From: Lama guanicoe
Lineage: Eukaryota
Direction of reading: 5' to 3'
DNA length: 64,000 nucleotides
NCBI GenBank assembly: GCA_013239625.1
Contig: MU053432.1
Coordinates: forward strand, 189,940-253,939
The position numbers and the translations under genes were made by a program. Below are positions 1 through 10,235 of the stretch, piece after piece (position 1 is the stretch's first letter; each line of letters starts with the position of its first letter). The notes under the pieces were generated by a model. It was given only the letters and a program-made list of their open reading frames with translations, ran no database searches and was not told the origin of the DNA.

Positions 1-2500
1 TGGAACATCTGGGGTGTCAGCTTATTCAAGATGGAGCGCACCCTGCGGAACAGGTCCTGGGTTTTGCTACCATCAGCATCCTCTTCCCCTCGGTCCTTAA
101 CAGCTGCTGTCCGCTTGCTGCTGGGTTTCCAGGCCTTCTCTGCTTTGTTCATCTTTTTATCTTCAGTTGTTGACACTGTGGCAGTAATCTTGCATGGTTC
201 CTTTTGGGGCTTCTGCTGAGAACGCCGGGGTCCCAGACTAGCCTGCGGCCCTCGGGATAGCTCCCCACCTGGCCCACCCCTTGGGGGCCCACGGTTGCTA
301 AGGGCTGGTCGGCCAAGGTTGGCAAGGACAGAGTGAAGTCTGGGCCACAATTTATGCCTTGAAGTCCAGCAGGATCCAGTGGCCGCAATGGTGTCTTATT
401 GGCCTTATCCAACACCACGTCACTGCTATGGGGCAACCCCTCTGGCTTCTGCACACATACCGGCAAATGTGAACTGAAAGCCAAGCAGGAACGCACGGTC
501 ATAACGCTTTTTCTCCTCACGATTTAGAGGCTTCCACTGATCTGACTTATATTCATACTTCTGTTCCCCGGGCTGAATGTTCTCAGCATTTTGAATCTTG
601 TCTTCCTTTGAGTCCCAGGTCTCATCTGCCTCCTCAGGCCGTGGGGGGGCACACCGCTGCCCTCAGGCTCTGGGCTGGACTTACTGCCTACGGGAGGCTG
701 GTTTTCCACTTCTGGTACTCCTGGGTTCACCTTCTTGAAAGCATCCAGAAGGTCTCCTGCAGTCTCCTTGTTGAGCTCCTTAGTCTTCCGTCTCCTCTTT
801 GGCACAGATGCTGCCACTTGGGTGGCTGCTGCTGCCTCCAAATTCTGGAACTGGCGGGCGGGGAGAGGGGTGCTCTCTGGGGGGAGTGGTTCCTCTCCAC
901 CCTTCTCACTCTCAGGTTCTCCTGCTTCTTCCTCTTCTTCCTCTTCCTCTGCATCCTCCTCCTGAGCAGGGGAGGCAGCTGAGGGAGCCACAGCTGGAGT
1001 GGCAGAAAGGACAGTAGGGGGAGCCACTGATGCTGTAGCCTCCTTGGTCTGCTCCTCTTGCTCCCTGACGGGGCTTAAGCCCACAGCTGGTGTTGAGGGG
1101 CTTCCGCTGAGCAGTTCCTCGGGTTGGGCAGTTGGAGCAACAGGCATGGGGGATCCAGAGGGACAAACCGAGGGAGGGAGAGGGGCAAGCTCCGGGCTTG
1201 ACTCCGCCTCTGGTTCCAAATCTTCAGATGGGACTGTGCCATTAGGCTCAGGAAGAAGTTCCACCTTGTGAGATGCCAGGGGATGGGAACCTGGAGAGGC
1301 CTGGAAGAGAACTCAGATTCTGGAGCTGGTTTGCTAAGCATCACTGCTACTTCCAGTATGGGTTCAGCAAAGGGGCAGGCTCTGGAGAGAGGCAGCATGG
1401 CTCCCCAGGGTCACAAGGCATGGGGGTCGTTGATTCTTCTATAGACATTTGTTCCATCCCGTTTTCATAGTGTCCCCAGGAGTAGACCCCAGGACTGCAA
1501 CATTAGGCTCAGACCCCGGTTCCAAGACTGGGAGTGGTGATGGGGTCGGAGAAGGTGATGAAGGCTGGGATTCTGAAGGGCTATGTTCTGGGCCAGGCAG
1601 CCCTGGCCCGTCCCCAGTGATTGCTCCCTGCAACCGGTCATCTGGCCGGACAATGACAGCGAGCTGGGGAATCTCCCCATTAGCCTGAGGCTCCAGAGCC
1701 CCTCCCACCTGGGGAAGAGTGAGCGTGGAGGCGGTGCGGGCCCTAGACATGGTCTCCCCTGTGATACCCTGCCCTTCTTGATTCAGATCTCGAATTCGGA
1801 TCGTCTTCCACTCCCTGTTGGGTGCAATCTGGGGTGGCTGGTTCATCAAAACCGGGGTGGGGGGCCACACCAGTGGGAAATTGCTGCACACCCTGGGCTG
1901 GGTGGTAGGCACCAGCATTGGTCCCAAACTCTGCAGGGCTTGTGCCTGGATAGAAGCTTGGGGCTCCCGGCTGCACAGGATGCTGCTGTGTCAGGACAAC
2001 CTCTGTAGAACGTCCCTGCCCAGGGATGTAATAGGCCCCCTGGGAGGCCGGGTAGGAGATCTGGGTGGGGATCATCATTACTTGGGATCCAGCAGGGTAG
2101 ACACAGGCAGCAGGGCCAGGGCGGGCAGGGGCTGCACTCTGCACTCGGGGCTGGGCCCGGCTAGGGTAGACGTGCTGGCGGGGCTGAGAAGGCATGATCA
2201 TTTGTGTCACCTGAGGCGGACTGAACACCACCGGTGCTGTCTGCCCCGGGGCAACCGCTGGCTGCGGGAGTCCAGGGGATGGAGCAGATGGGGGGCCTGT
2301 GGGCTGCGGAGCTCTGTTCATTTCATTTGGTGCCACATCAGGGTCCCCCCAGCACCCCCTCGGTTAAGAATAAATCCACGGTGTGGCCTGCAGGTTCTGG
2401 GCATCCGAGGGCCTTCAGTCTCCTTCAGTCCGTGTGGCCGAGCCCCACGCAGCCACACAGACATAGTCCACAACCATTCCCAGCTCCCTGCACGGATCTC
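1..2500 (-). pseudogene. EIF4G1: Processed pseudogene of eukaryotic translation initiation factor 4 gamma 1 (5' portion; continues beyond the window start)
   Basis: ATG at 2321 begins [21 protein letters not shown]. Successive frames give the PABP-binding-region peptide [12 protein letters not shown], the acidic EEEEEEE tract, [12 protein letters not shown], the eIF4E-binding motif [12 protein letters not shown] (about 478-513) and [18 protein letters not shown] at the start of the MIF4G domain. It is colinear, intronless and has multiple frameshifts. 2322-2500 matches the spliced EIF4G1 5'UTR as I recall it. Confidence 0.96.
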
Positions 2501-2509
2501 CTGTTTTTT

Positions 2510-3600
2510 TGGTTTTGGCCTTTGCATTATGACAGTATCCTTCATCCTAAAATAATGAAATCAACCATCTAAATTTTCTTCTAGCAGGTTTACGGTTTTA
2601 TTTATGTTCGTAGAAGGCATAGGTCAACGTACTACAGCCCTTGGGCTAAATCAAGGCAGTGCCTACTTTTTTCTAAGATCCTGTGACCCCTGGACCTTCA
2701 TATATATTGCTATATGCTCTGTATGTGTTCAAAGCAATATAAGCCCTTTGCCAGCCATATGTGTGGCGCAGTCTCCCTCTGCAGACTTCTTTTTCACTTT
2801 CCTAGTGTCATTTTTGATGAACAGAGGCTTTTATTTTACTATATTCATATATATCAATCTTTTCCTTTATGATTAGCGCTTTTTTACGTTCTGCTTAAGA
2901 AATCTTTCCATATCCTGAGATCATGAAGATAATTCTTTTATACTGTCTTTTTATTATTTTCCTTTCTTGATTTTTTTCTTGTCCTATCAGATTTATTTTA
3001 AAAATTACTATTTCAAGATAATTCACATGTATTTCTAAGAAATAATTCGATGAGATCTTGTGTACCCTTCACTTAGCTTCCCCCAGGGGTAACATCTTGC
3101 AAAACCGTAGTACATGATCACAACCAAGATACTGACATTGACAGTGATACAGTCAAGACACAGAACGTTTCTATCGCCGCTGATACCTCCTGTGCTGCCC
3201 TTTTGCAGCCACATGCACTCCTTCCAGCCCCCACCGCCTTCTGAACTCCTAGCAACCATTAATCTGCCGTCCATTTCTGTAATTTTTTTCCTATTATGAA
3301 TGACATATAAATGGAATCGTTTAGTACATAACCTTTTGAGATTGATTTTTTGACTTTCTTTAAAATGATAGTTTACTAGAATTTTATTTGTGTGTGTGTG
3401 TGAAGCAGAAATTAATTTTCATCTTTTTCGTGATGGGTACTCCAATATCCCAGAACATTCACTGAAAAAGGTTTCCTTTCCCACTGCTCTGCGTTGCCAC
3501 TTTTGACACTGATACATTTGTTCATCCTTGAGTCAATCCCACAGTCTTACTACTATAGTTTTTAATACATCTTGATACTGCTAGCTAAGTAATTTCTCCC
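2510..3600 (-). mobile_element. Old L1 (L1M-type) fragments, antisense
   Basis: T-rich degenerate L1 ORF2/3'UTR-like sequence; L1MB/MC-like 3'UTR at about 2990-3350. Confidence 0.6.
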
Positions 3601-3800
3601 ATATATTCTTGCTTACATATACATGGTTAATTATATATTATTTTATATACTAAATTAATTTATATTAATATGTAATGTTTATTATATATTATTTAACATA
3701 CATTTGTTTATGTTAAATATATAAATTTACATAAATATAAAATTATAAGTATCTGTATATATTTATTATCTACTATTTTAATAAATTTATATATAAATTT
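3600..3800. repeat. AT-rich low-complexity tract
   Basis: Almost pure A/T with degenerate TATATAAAT units. Confidence 0.8.
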
Positions 3801-4891
3801 CCTTCTAAGCACAGCCTTATCTGCATTGTACAACACGGGATGTACTTATAGTATTTTTATTATTATTCAACTCAAAATACTTTATAATATTATCAGGTGC
3901 CTACGTATTTAGCGTTGTTATATCTTACTAGTGAATGAAGCCCTCAATTATATCTTTCTAGAATGAGTTTATATTACTTCTACCATGTGTCTAGAAGCAC
4001 TAGTAACCTGAGAGCACCTTCATCCAATTTCAGAGACTGAATAATTAAAACTGAGTTGCAATCCCTTTGAAGGCTTATTTATATCTGCTCCCAGCTTACT
4101 CCTAGGGTATAGACACCCCTTTGAGGTCTCAGTCTAAAAGGGGAAGAGTCCATCAGGCTTCCCCCTTGGTGAGCCCTGGACTTCAAGCAAGACGTCACTC
4201 AGCCTCGTAACCACCCCCTCCAGGACTGGCAAGTACTCCAGGAACCTGCATACTGATGGGAAATAATTGTTCCTTTTGCATTTTAAGCTAAAGCTGATCA
4301 TGGTGCTGAACTTGGCTGTTAATTCTGGAAAGTTGTCTCTGCTGCTTCTGTTACACTCTCCAGGTAGATAACAACGTCGCTGGTAAATGGTCATGCTTTT
4401 GTCTCTGTGGCATTTGGTCCTACAGAGGTAATGGGCACAGTCAGTCTAATTTTTAAGCATGCCTCTTGGCTCAGAAGCTTTATAATATTTTGCTTACATG
4501 TCGAAATGTGAGTCTCTTCTCGTTGATTTGGTATAGAAGGAGCAAACCATTTTAATCAATGTGGGAAACTCTTTCCGGCAGTCAGAAAATATTCTTTTAT
4601 TTCCTAGTGAAGTATTCTGTTCGATTTGTTCTGTTCTCTTCTTCACAAACATTCACTTATGAGATGCCTCAGTTTTCTGTTCTCTGTTCCGTTTTGTTCA
4701 TTGTATCTCCCACAGAAACTTTTCTCCCTTTTTCTCTGCCTTCTGGGAGAATTTCTCAGTCCTGTTCTTCACATATTCCCGTTTTCATTTTCTGTATCAG
4801 TTTTGCTTATTTCTGTCTCAATATACATTTTTTTAGTTTTGTTCTCTTTCTCTTTGTAGGTTCCTGTCTTATTTCATAAAGACCATGCCTT

Positions 4892-5708
4892 CAAGTCCAC
4901 AAATGACAAACGCTGGAGAGCCTGTGGGGAAAAGGGAACCCTCCTACACTGCTGGTGGGAATGCAGTTTGGTGCAGCCATTGTGTAAAACAGTATGGAGA
5001 CTCCTCAAAAGACTAAAAATAGACTTACCGTATGACCCAGGAATCCCGCTCCTGGGCATATATCCAGGTGGATCCCTACTTCAGGATGACACCTGCACCC
5101 CAATGTCCATAGCAGCACTATTTACAATAGCCAAGACATGGAAACAGCCTAAATGTCCATCAACAGATGACTGGATAAAGAAGAGGTTGTATATTTATAC
5201 AATGGAATACTACTCAGCCATAAAAACAACAATGTAATGCCATTTCCAGCAACTTGGATGTCCCTGGAGAATGTCATTCTAAGTGAAGTAAGCCAGAAAG
5301 AGAAAGAAAAATACCATATGAAATTGCTCATATGTGGAATCTAAAAAAAAAAAACACCCATAAATACCAAATAATAACAGACTCATAAACAGAATACAAA
5401 CTTGTGGTTGCCAGGGGGGTGGGGGGTGGGAAGGCACAGAATGGGATTTCAAAATTTGTGGATACTGACAGGCATATGTAGAACAGATAAACAAGATTAT
5501 ATTGTATAGCACAGGGAAATACATACAAGATCTTGTGGTAGCTCACAGCAAAAAAAAAAAGTGACAATGAATATATGTATGTTCATGTATAACTGAAAAA
5601 TTGTGCTCTACACTGGAATTTGACACAGCATTGTGAAATGGCTATAACTCAATAAAAAATGTTTTAAAAAATAAATAAAGCCCCCCCCCAAAAAATAATA
5701 AAAAAAAA
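4892..5708 (+). mobile_element. 5'-truncated young L1 (ORF2 C-terminus, 3'UTR, poly(A))
   Basis: ORF2 peptide [16 protein letters not shown]...[21 protein letters not shown] tail; perfect 16-bp TSD ATAAAGACCATGCCTT at 4876-4891 and 5709-5724. Confidence 0.95.
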
Positions 5709-5791
5709 ATAAAGACCATGCCTTTTTTTACTCTACTGAGGATACCAAACAGCTTCTGAAATTTTCTTTGGAGCCTGCAATACTTCATTTC

Positions 5792-5936
5792 TTTCTTTTT
5801 TTTAACTTTTTGGGGGGATAATTAGGTTTGTTTATTTATTTATCTATTTATTTTTAATGGAGGTGCTGGGGATTGAACCCAGGACCTCACGCATTCTAAA
5901 CACATGGTCTACCACTGAGCTATATCCTCCCTCCCC
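5792..5936 (-). mobile_element. tRNA-derived SINE (camelid vic-1-like)
   Basis: Reverse complement has a tRNA-like head with A and B boxes (TAGCTCAGTGG, GGTTCAATCCC) and the AAACCTAATTA tail motif; degenerate TSD CAATACTTCATTTC / CAGTACCTCATATC. Confidence 0.88.
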
Positions 5937-6074
5937 CAGTACCTCATATCTGAAGATACAGTTGAGCTCTGAATCTTTAGTCAGCTACTTCCTTCCCCTT
6001 GTTTCTGTCATTTTTTTTTACAGGTTCTATATTGAATTGTTTTCCTCTTTATCATGGCCTTTATCATTATAATC

Positions 6075-6400
6075 TGGGTCACATTTATTGAGTGCTTATT
6101 TTGTACTGTCCTAAACATTTCTCATGCGTTGACTTATGTAATCCTCACAACAATGAAGAAAGAAGCATTATTTTTTTCTAAATTAAGTACCATCAGTTAC
6201 AATGTGTCAATTTCTGGTGTACAGCACAATGTCCCAGTCATGCAAGAAAGAAGCATTATTAACCTCATTTTATAGATGTGTATGCTGAGGCATCAAAGTT
6301 AGGTAACTTGCCCAAGGTCACAGAGCTATAAATAGTGGAGTCGGGATTTGAACCCAGACAGTCTGGCTCCAGAGTATCTTTATTATACTGCCTCTCAGTC
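6075..6400 (-). mobile_element. MIR SINE interrupted by a short L1 tail
   Basis: MIR core GGTAACTTGCCCAAGGTCACAGAGCT...GGATTTGAACCCAG. Confidence 0.75.
6173..6243 (-). mobile_element. Ultra-short L1 3' tail insertion
   Basis: Matches the L1 3' terminus seen at 48262-48330; perfect 17-bp TSD AAGAAAGAAGCATTATT at 6156-6172 and 6244-6260. Confidence 0.85.
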
Positions 6401-6448
6401 ATATATAAATCACTTTTTAAAAGGTAAATGCTATTTAAACTTAGTATT

Positions 6449-7286
6449 CTCACACCAGTCAGAATGGCCATCATTCAAAAGTCCACAAATGATAAATGCT
6501 GGAGAGGGTGTGGAGAAAAGGGAACCCTTCTACACTGTTGGTGGGAATGTGGTTTGGTGCAGCCTTTATAGGAAACAGTATGGAGATTCCTCAAAAGACT
6601 AAAAATAGACTTACCATATGACCCAGCAATCCTACTCCTGGGCGTATATCCAAAGGGAACCTTAATTCAAAAAGATACATGCACCCCAATGTCCATAGCA
6701 GCACTATTTACAATAGCCAAGACATGGAAACAACCTAAATGTCCATCGACAAATGACTGGATAAAGAAGTGGTGGTATATTTATACAATGAAATATTACT
6801 CAACCATAAAAAAGAATAAATAATGCCATTTGCAGCAACATGGCTGGACCTGGAGATCATCATTCTAAGTGAAGTAAGCCAGAAAGAGAAAGAATAATCT
6901 CATATGATGTCACTTACATGTGTAAGTGTGTAACCAAAAGAAAAAAAAAAAGACACAAATAAACTTATTTACAAAATGGAAACAGACTCACAGACATAGA
7001 AAACAAATTTATGGTTACCAGGGGGAAGGAGGTGGGAAGGGATAAATTGGGAGTTTGAGATTTGTGAATACTACCTACTATATATTAAATAGATAAATGA
7101 TGATTTTATACTGTATAGCACAGGAAACTATATTCAATATTTTGTAGTAACCTATAATGAAAAAGAAAATGAACATATGTATGTATATGTCTTACTGAAA
7201 CATTATGCTGTACACCAGAAATTGACACATTGTAAACTGATTATACTTCAATTAAAATTAAATAACAAAATAAAAAGAATAAAAAG
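6449..7286 (+). mobile_element. 5'-truncated L1 (ORF2 end and 3'UTR)
   Basis: Typical L1 ORF2 3' end and A-rich tail; degenerate TSD AAACTTAGTATT / AAACTTGTTATT. Confidence 0.92.
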
Positions 7287-7604
7287 AAACTTGTTATTTG
7301 ACAACAGATAATGGGTGTAGATTTCCCCTGGCTCCATTTCTATTTGCGTGAAGGTCAAGCTCCATTCTCAGTTCCACAGCTGAAGGACAGGCTGGGGTAT
7401 ATAACATCCTGCCCAGCTCTGATTTCCAGTGGGTGTTCATCCATTTTAACCCTGAACTTGATACTTTAACCAATGTGATTCTTGAAAAGCTACAGTTCTG
7501 ACTGGTTCCAACAGAGCTCTTTCTCTCAAAGACGACTCTAAGAGCTCTTTACCTGTAGGGATTCTGTCCCACCAGAATGTGGCCCGCTACCCCGGTGTGT
7601 CATA

Positions 7605-7626
7605 ACACACACACACACACACACAC
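7605..7626. repeat. (CA)n microsatellite
   Basis: About 11 CA units. Confidence 0.9.
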
Positions 7627-8264
7627 CCCATCCCACTACTGACTGTCTAGTTAACTGGGGAATTGCTGTCTTTTAAATATATGCAGAAAGTTAACAAGGA
7701 GAGAGGAAGAGAACCAACCATTATTACCTCAAAGGACTCCACAGTAGAGGATCAGCTGGGTCTGTGAGGAAACAATGGGGAGGTCTGAAGAGCCTTATGT
7801 TTTTCAGGTATTTTCTGTTTTATGATCCAAATGACAGGAAGGTTTGTCTTAACCTTCGTTTGTCTATGTTAAAGACTCCTTTGAAATTTGGGGTTTGTTC
7901 TGCCCATTTCATTTCTGGGGTGGTTATAAGCTTTCTTCTCATGACTCCCTGCCGTGGCTTCAGAGATAATTTATTTTAAAAAGTGAAAGATGCCATACTG
8001 AGGGCTGTTATTCCAGTTATTCCAGTATTCCCCTCAGCTGTAGTTTTGAACCCTTACCAAACAAATTAGATCAGATTAATGATCAAAAGAATTCATTAAA
8101 GTATTGAAGAGCCATGTTAATTTCTACACCTGATTACAGCTTCACCTACAGACACTTTTTACCTCGCTTGGCATTTTCCAAATTCTCAACATATAAAAAA
8201 AAGTCAAGACTGTCTAAAAGTACAAGCTTCTTGAGTTGGATATAGATATGCAACAAGTACTGTT

Positions 8265-8785
8265 TGTCTATCTAATGAGTACTACCCTCCTCTTCTTCCT
8301 GAGTAGCACACCCCACTTTTATTTAGAATGACTGCATTTTTGAGCCTCCTTTAAGCCCCTATAGCCATGTGACATTATTTTAGCTAAGGAAATGTGAGTA
8401 GAACTGGTTTGAGGGAAACAGTGCACAGAAAAAAGCTCCTAAAGGGAGACAGGCAGCTGGAGATTGCTCCTCTCCTTTTGTTCTTCCTCATTTCCTCCTG
8501 CTTCCTGCCTGGACTGCTTATGTGATGGCTGGATCTTCAGCAGCTCTGTTAGACCATGAATAACCTAAAGATGGAAGCCATGCACCATGGATGGCAGAGC
8601 AGATGGAGAAAGTGACTGGTATGGGTTCCACATACCAACTTTGGACTTCATACCTCCAGACTTCTTTTAAATAATAATAATAATAACAATAATAATAATA
8701 ATAATAATAATAATAAAGCTCATATTAATATATCATAGTTATTTACAGTCTTTTACTAGCAGTCCAGGGCAATTTCTATCTGAGA
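8265..8785 (+). mobile_element. Old MaLR (MLT1-like) LTR containing an (AAT)n microsatellite at about 8670-8716
   Basis: MLT1-like blocks (GAGCCTCCTTTAAG...GCCATGTGAC; GATGGCTGGATCTTCAGCAGC; ACCTCCAGACTTCTTTT); AAT repeat around the poly(A) signal region. Confidence 0.6.
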
Positions 8786-10194
8786 TTCTTCTCCAAATAA
8801 TAAAAGTAATAAAAAGCTAATGCTTATTAAATGCCGGTTATGTGTTGATTATTCTTCTAAGTGACATTAATTCCTTTAATCCTCATAGGAACATTATTAT
8901 CTCACTGCACAGATAAGGAAATCTAGACCAGAATGCTTAAGTAACCTGCCCAAGGTCACACAGCCAGCTAGTAGTAGACCCAATATCTGATTCCAAGCCA
9001 GGATCCAGAATCTGCACTCTTAACCATGTGCTGATTGCCTCGAACATCCCAGCCCAAACATCAAAAATGGTCCAGAAAATATACTGGGCCCTGCAGTTAG
9101 GCAACTGCAAGCCCAACAGTTTAAGCTGGGTAGTTTCCAGGTTCCTGTGTGTCTTTCTTGGGATTTTCTGACTTTTCTAAGCATCAGATCACAAATATCA
9201 AAAACCCAAACTGACAGCCTGCTGCTACACGGGCTGAGCTGTACTCCTGGGTGGGAATCCCAGGCACTGTTGCCTGCAGGTGCTGGGCATCCTACTGCCT
9301 TTGGGCGTCCCACACTCACATCCCATTTAGGAATCTTGCAGTGTAAGTGATCCTTTGGCAAAATTTCAGTCCTTCCCCCCAAGTAAAACAGAAGCAGAAC
9401 AGTTGTAAAAATTATTTATTAGCAATCCTTTCGCGTTTGGACCACAGCGCTTTTAGGTACCTGTGTTCCCATCATTCGTGCACGTCAACGCTTCCATGGC
9501 AACACTCCCCGTTTCCCCTCTGCAGCTGTGTTACACTGACTGCTTACAACAACAGAGTGGTCATCTAGTTCACTTATAAGAATTTCCTAAACTCTTTATG
9601 CGTACACTCATTTAAGGTGTTGTCTAGCCCTTTCTTAGTCAACTTCATGTTAAAACATTATTATGCTTACAGAATATTGTTGCTTTTTCCCTTCTTTTTT
9701 CTTTCTCACCCACAATCTGTCAAGCAATCCGACTGAGAGCATCTGACTGAAAAGGTTTGAGATACACCAATTTCAACAAACGGGAAAATACCCTGAAAAT
9801 TCTACCAGATCACAAACACACATTAGCCAATATTGCAGTAGGACCCTGTTTGAACATGTGCATTACTGGGCTCAGGGTTTTTAGATGCCTGGAGAGATGG
9901 GACCAAGTGAAGGAAACCAAGGGCCGCTCCTAGGCAGTTTGGGTAATTCCCTTGCTGCAAAGCATGATTTACTAGCGAGTAGGAAGACTTCTCGAACTGC
10001 AAATTTTCCTGTCATTGACCCATCGCTAATGAATGAGATCCTACCGGGATAGAATTGTTTTGGTTCTTACGTGCAGATGCTGCTGGGAATGATAGCAATT
10101 TACAACAACGATTTTCTTCCCCACGTAGAGCGACCTAGTTTATTAGTGCCCTTCCAACTAACAGCTACCTGAGAGGAAATAAATCAGGACACCA

Positions 10195-10235
10195 AAAAAG
10201 GCGCGTGGGCGCGCCGGCGCATGCGCACACAGGCC
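10195..10235. promoter_or_regulatory. Small CpG cluster with an NRF1 palindrome
   Basis: GCGCATGCGC at 10217-10226 within GGCGCGTGGGCGCGCCGGCGCATGCGCA. Confidence 0.55.

Noticed and set aside
524..2336. Long ORFs as a functional EIF4G1 gene
   Set aside because: Intronless, with homology jumping between frames several times; this is a processed pseudogene.
1818..2555. 245-aa plus-strand ORF
   Set aside because: Antisense shadow of the GC-rich EIF4G1 copy; no recognisable protein.
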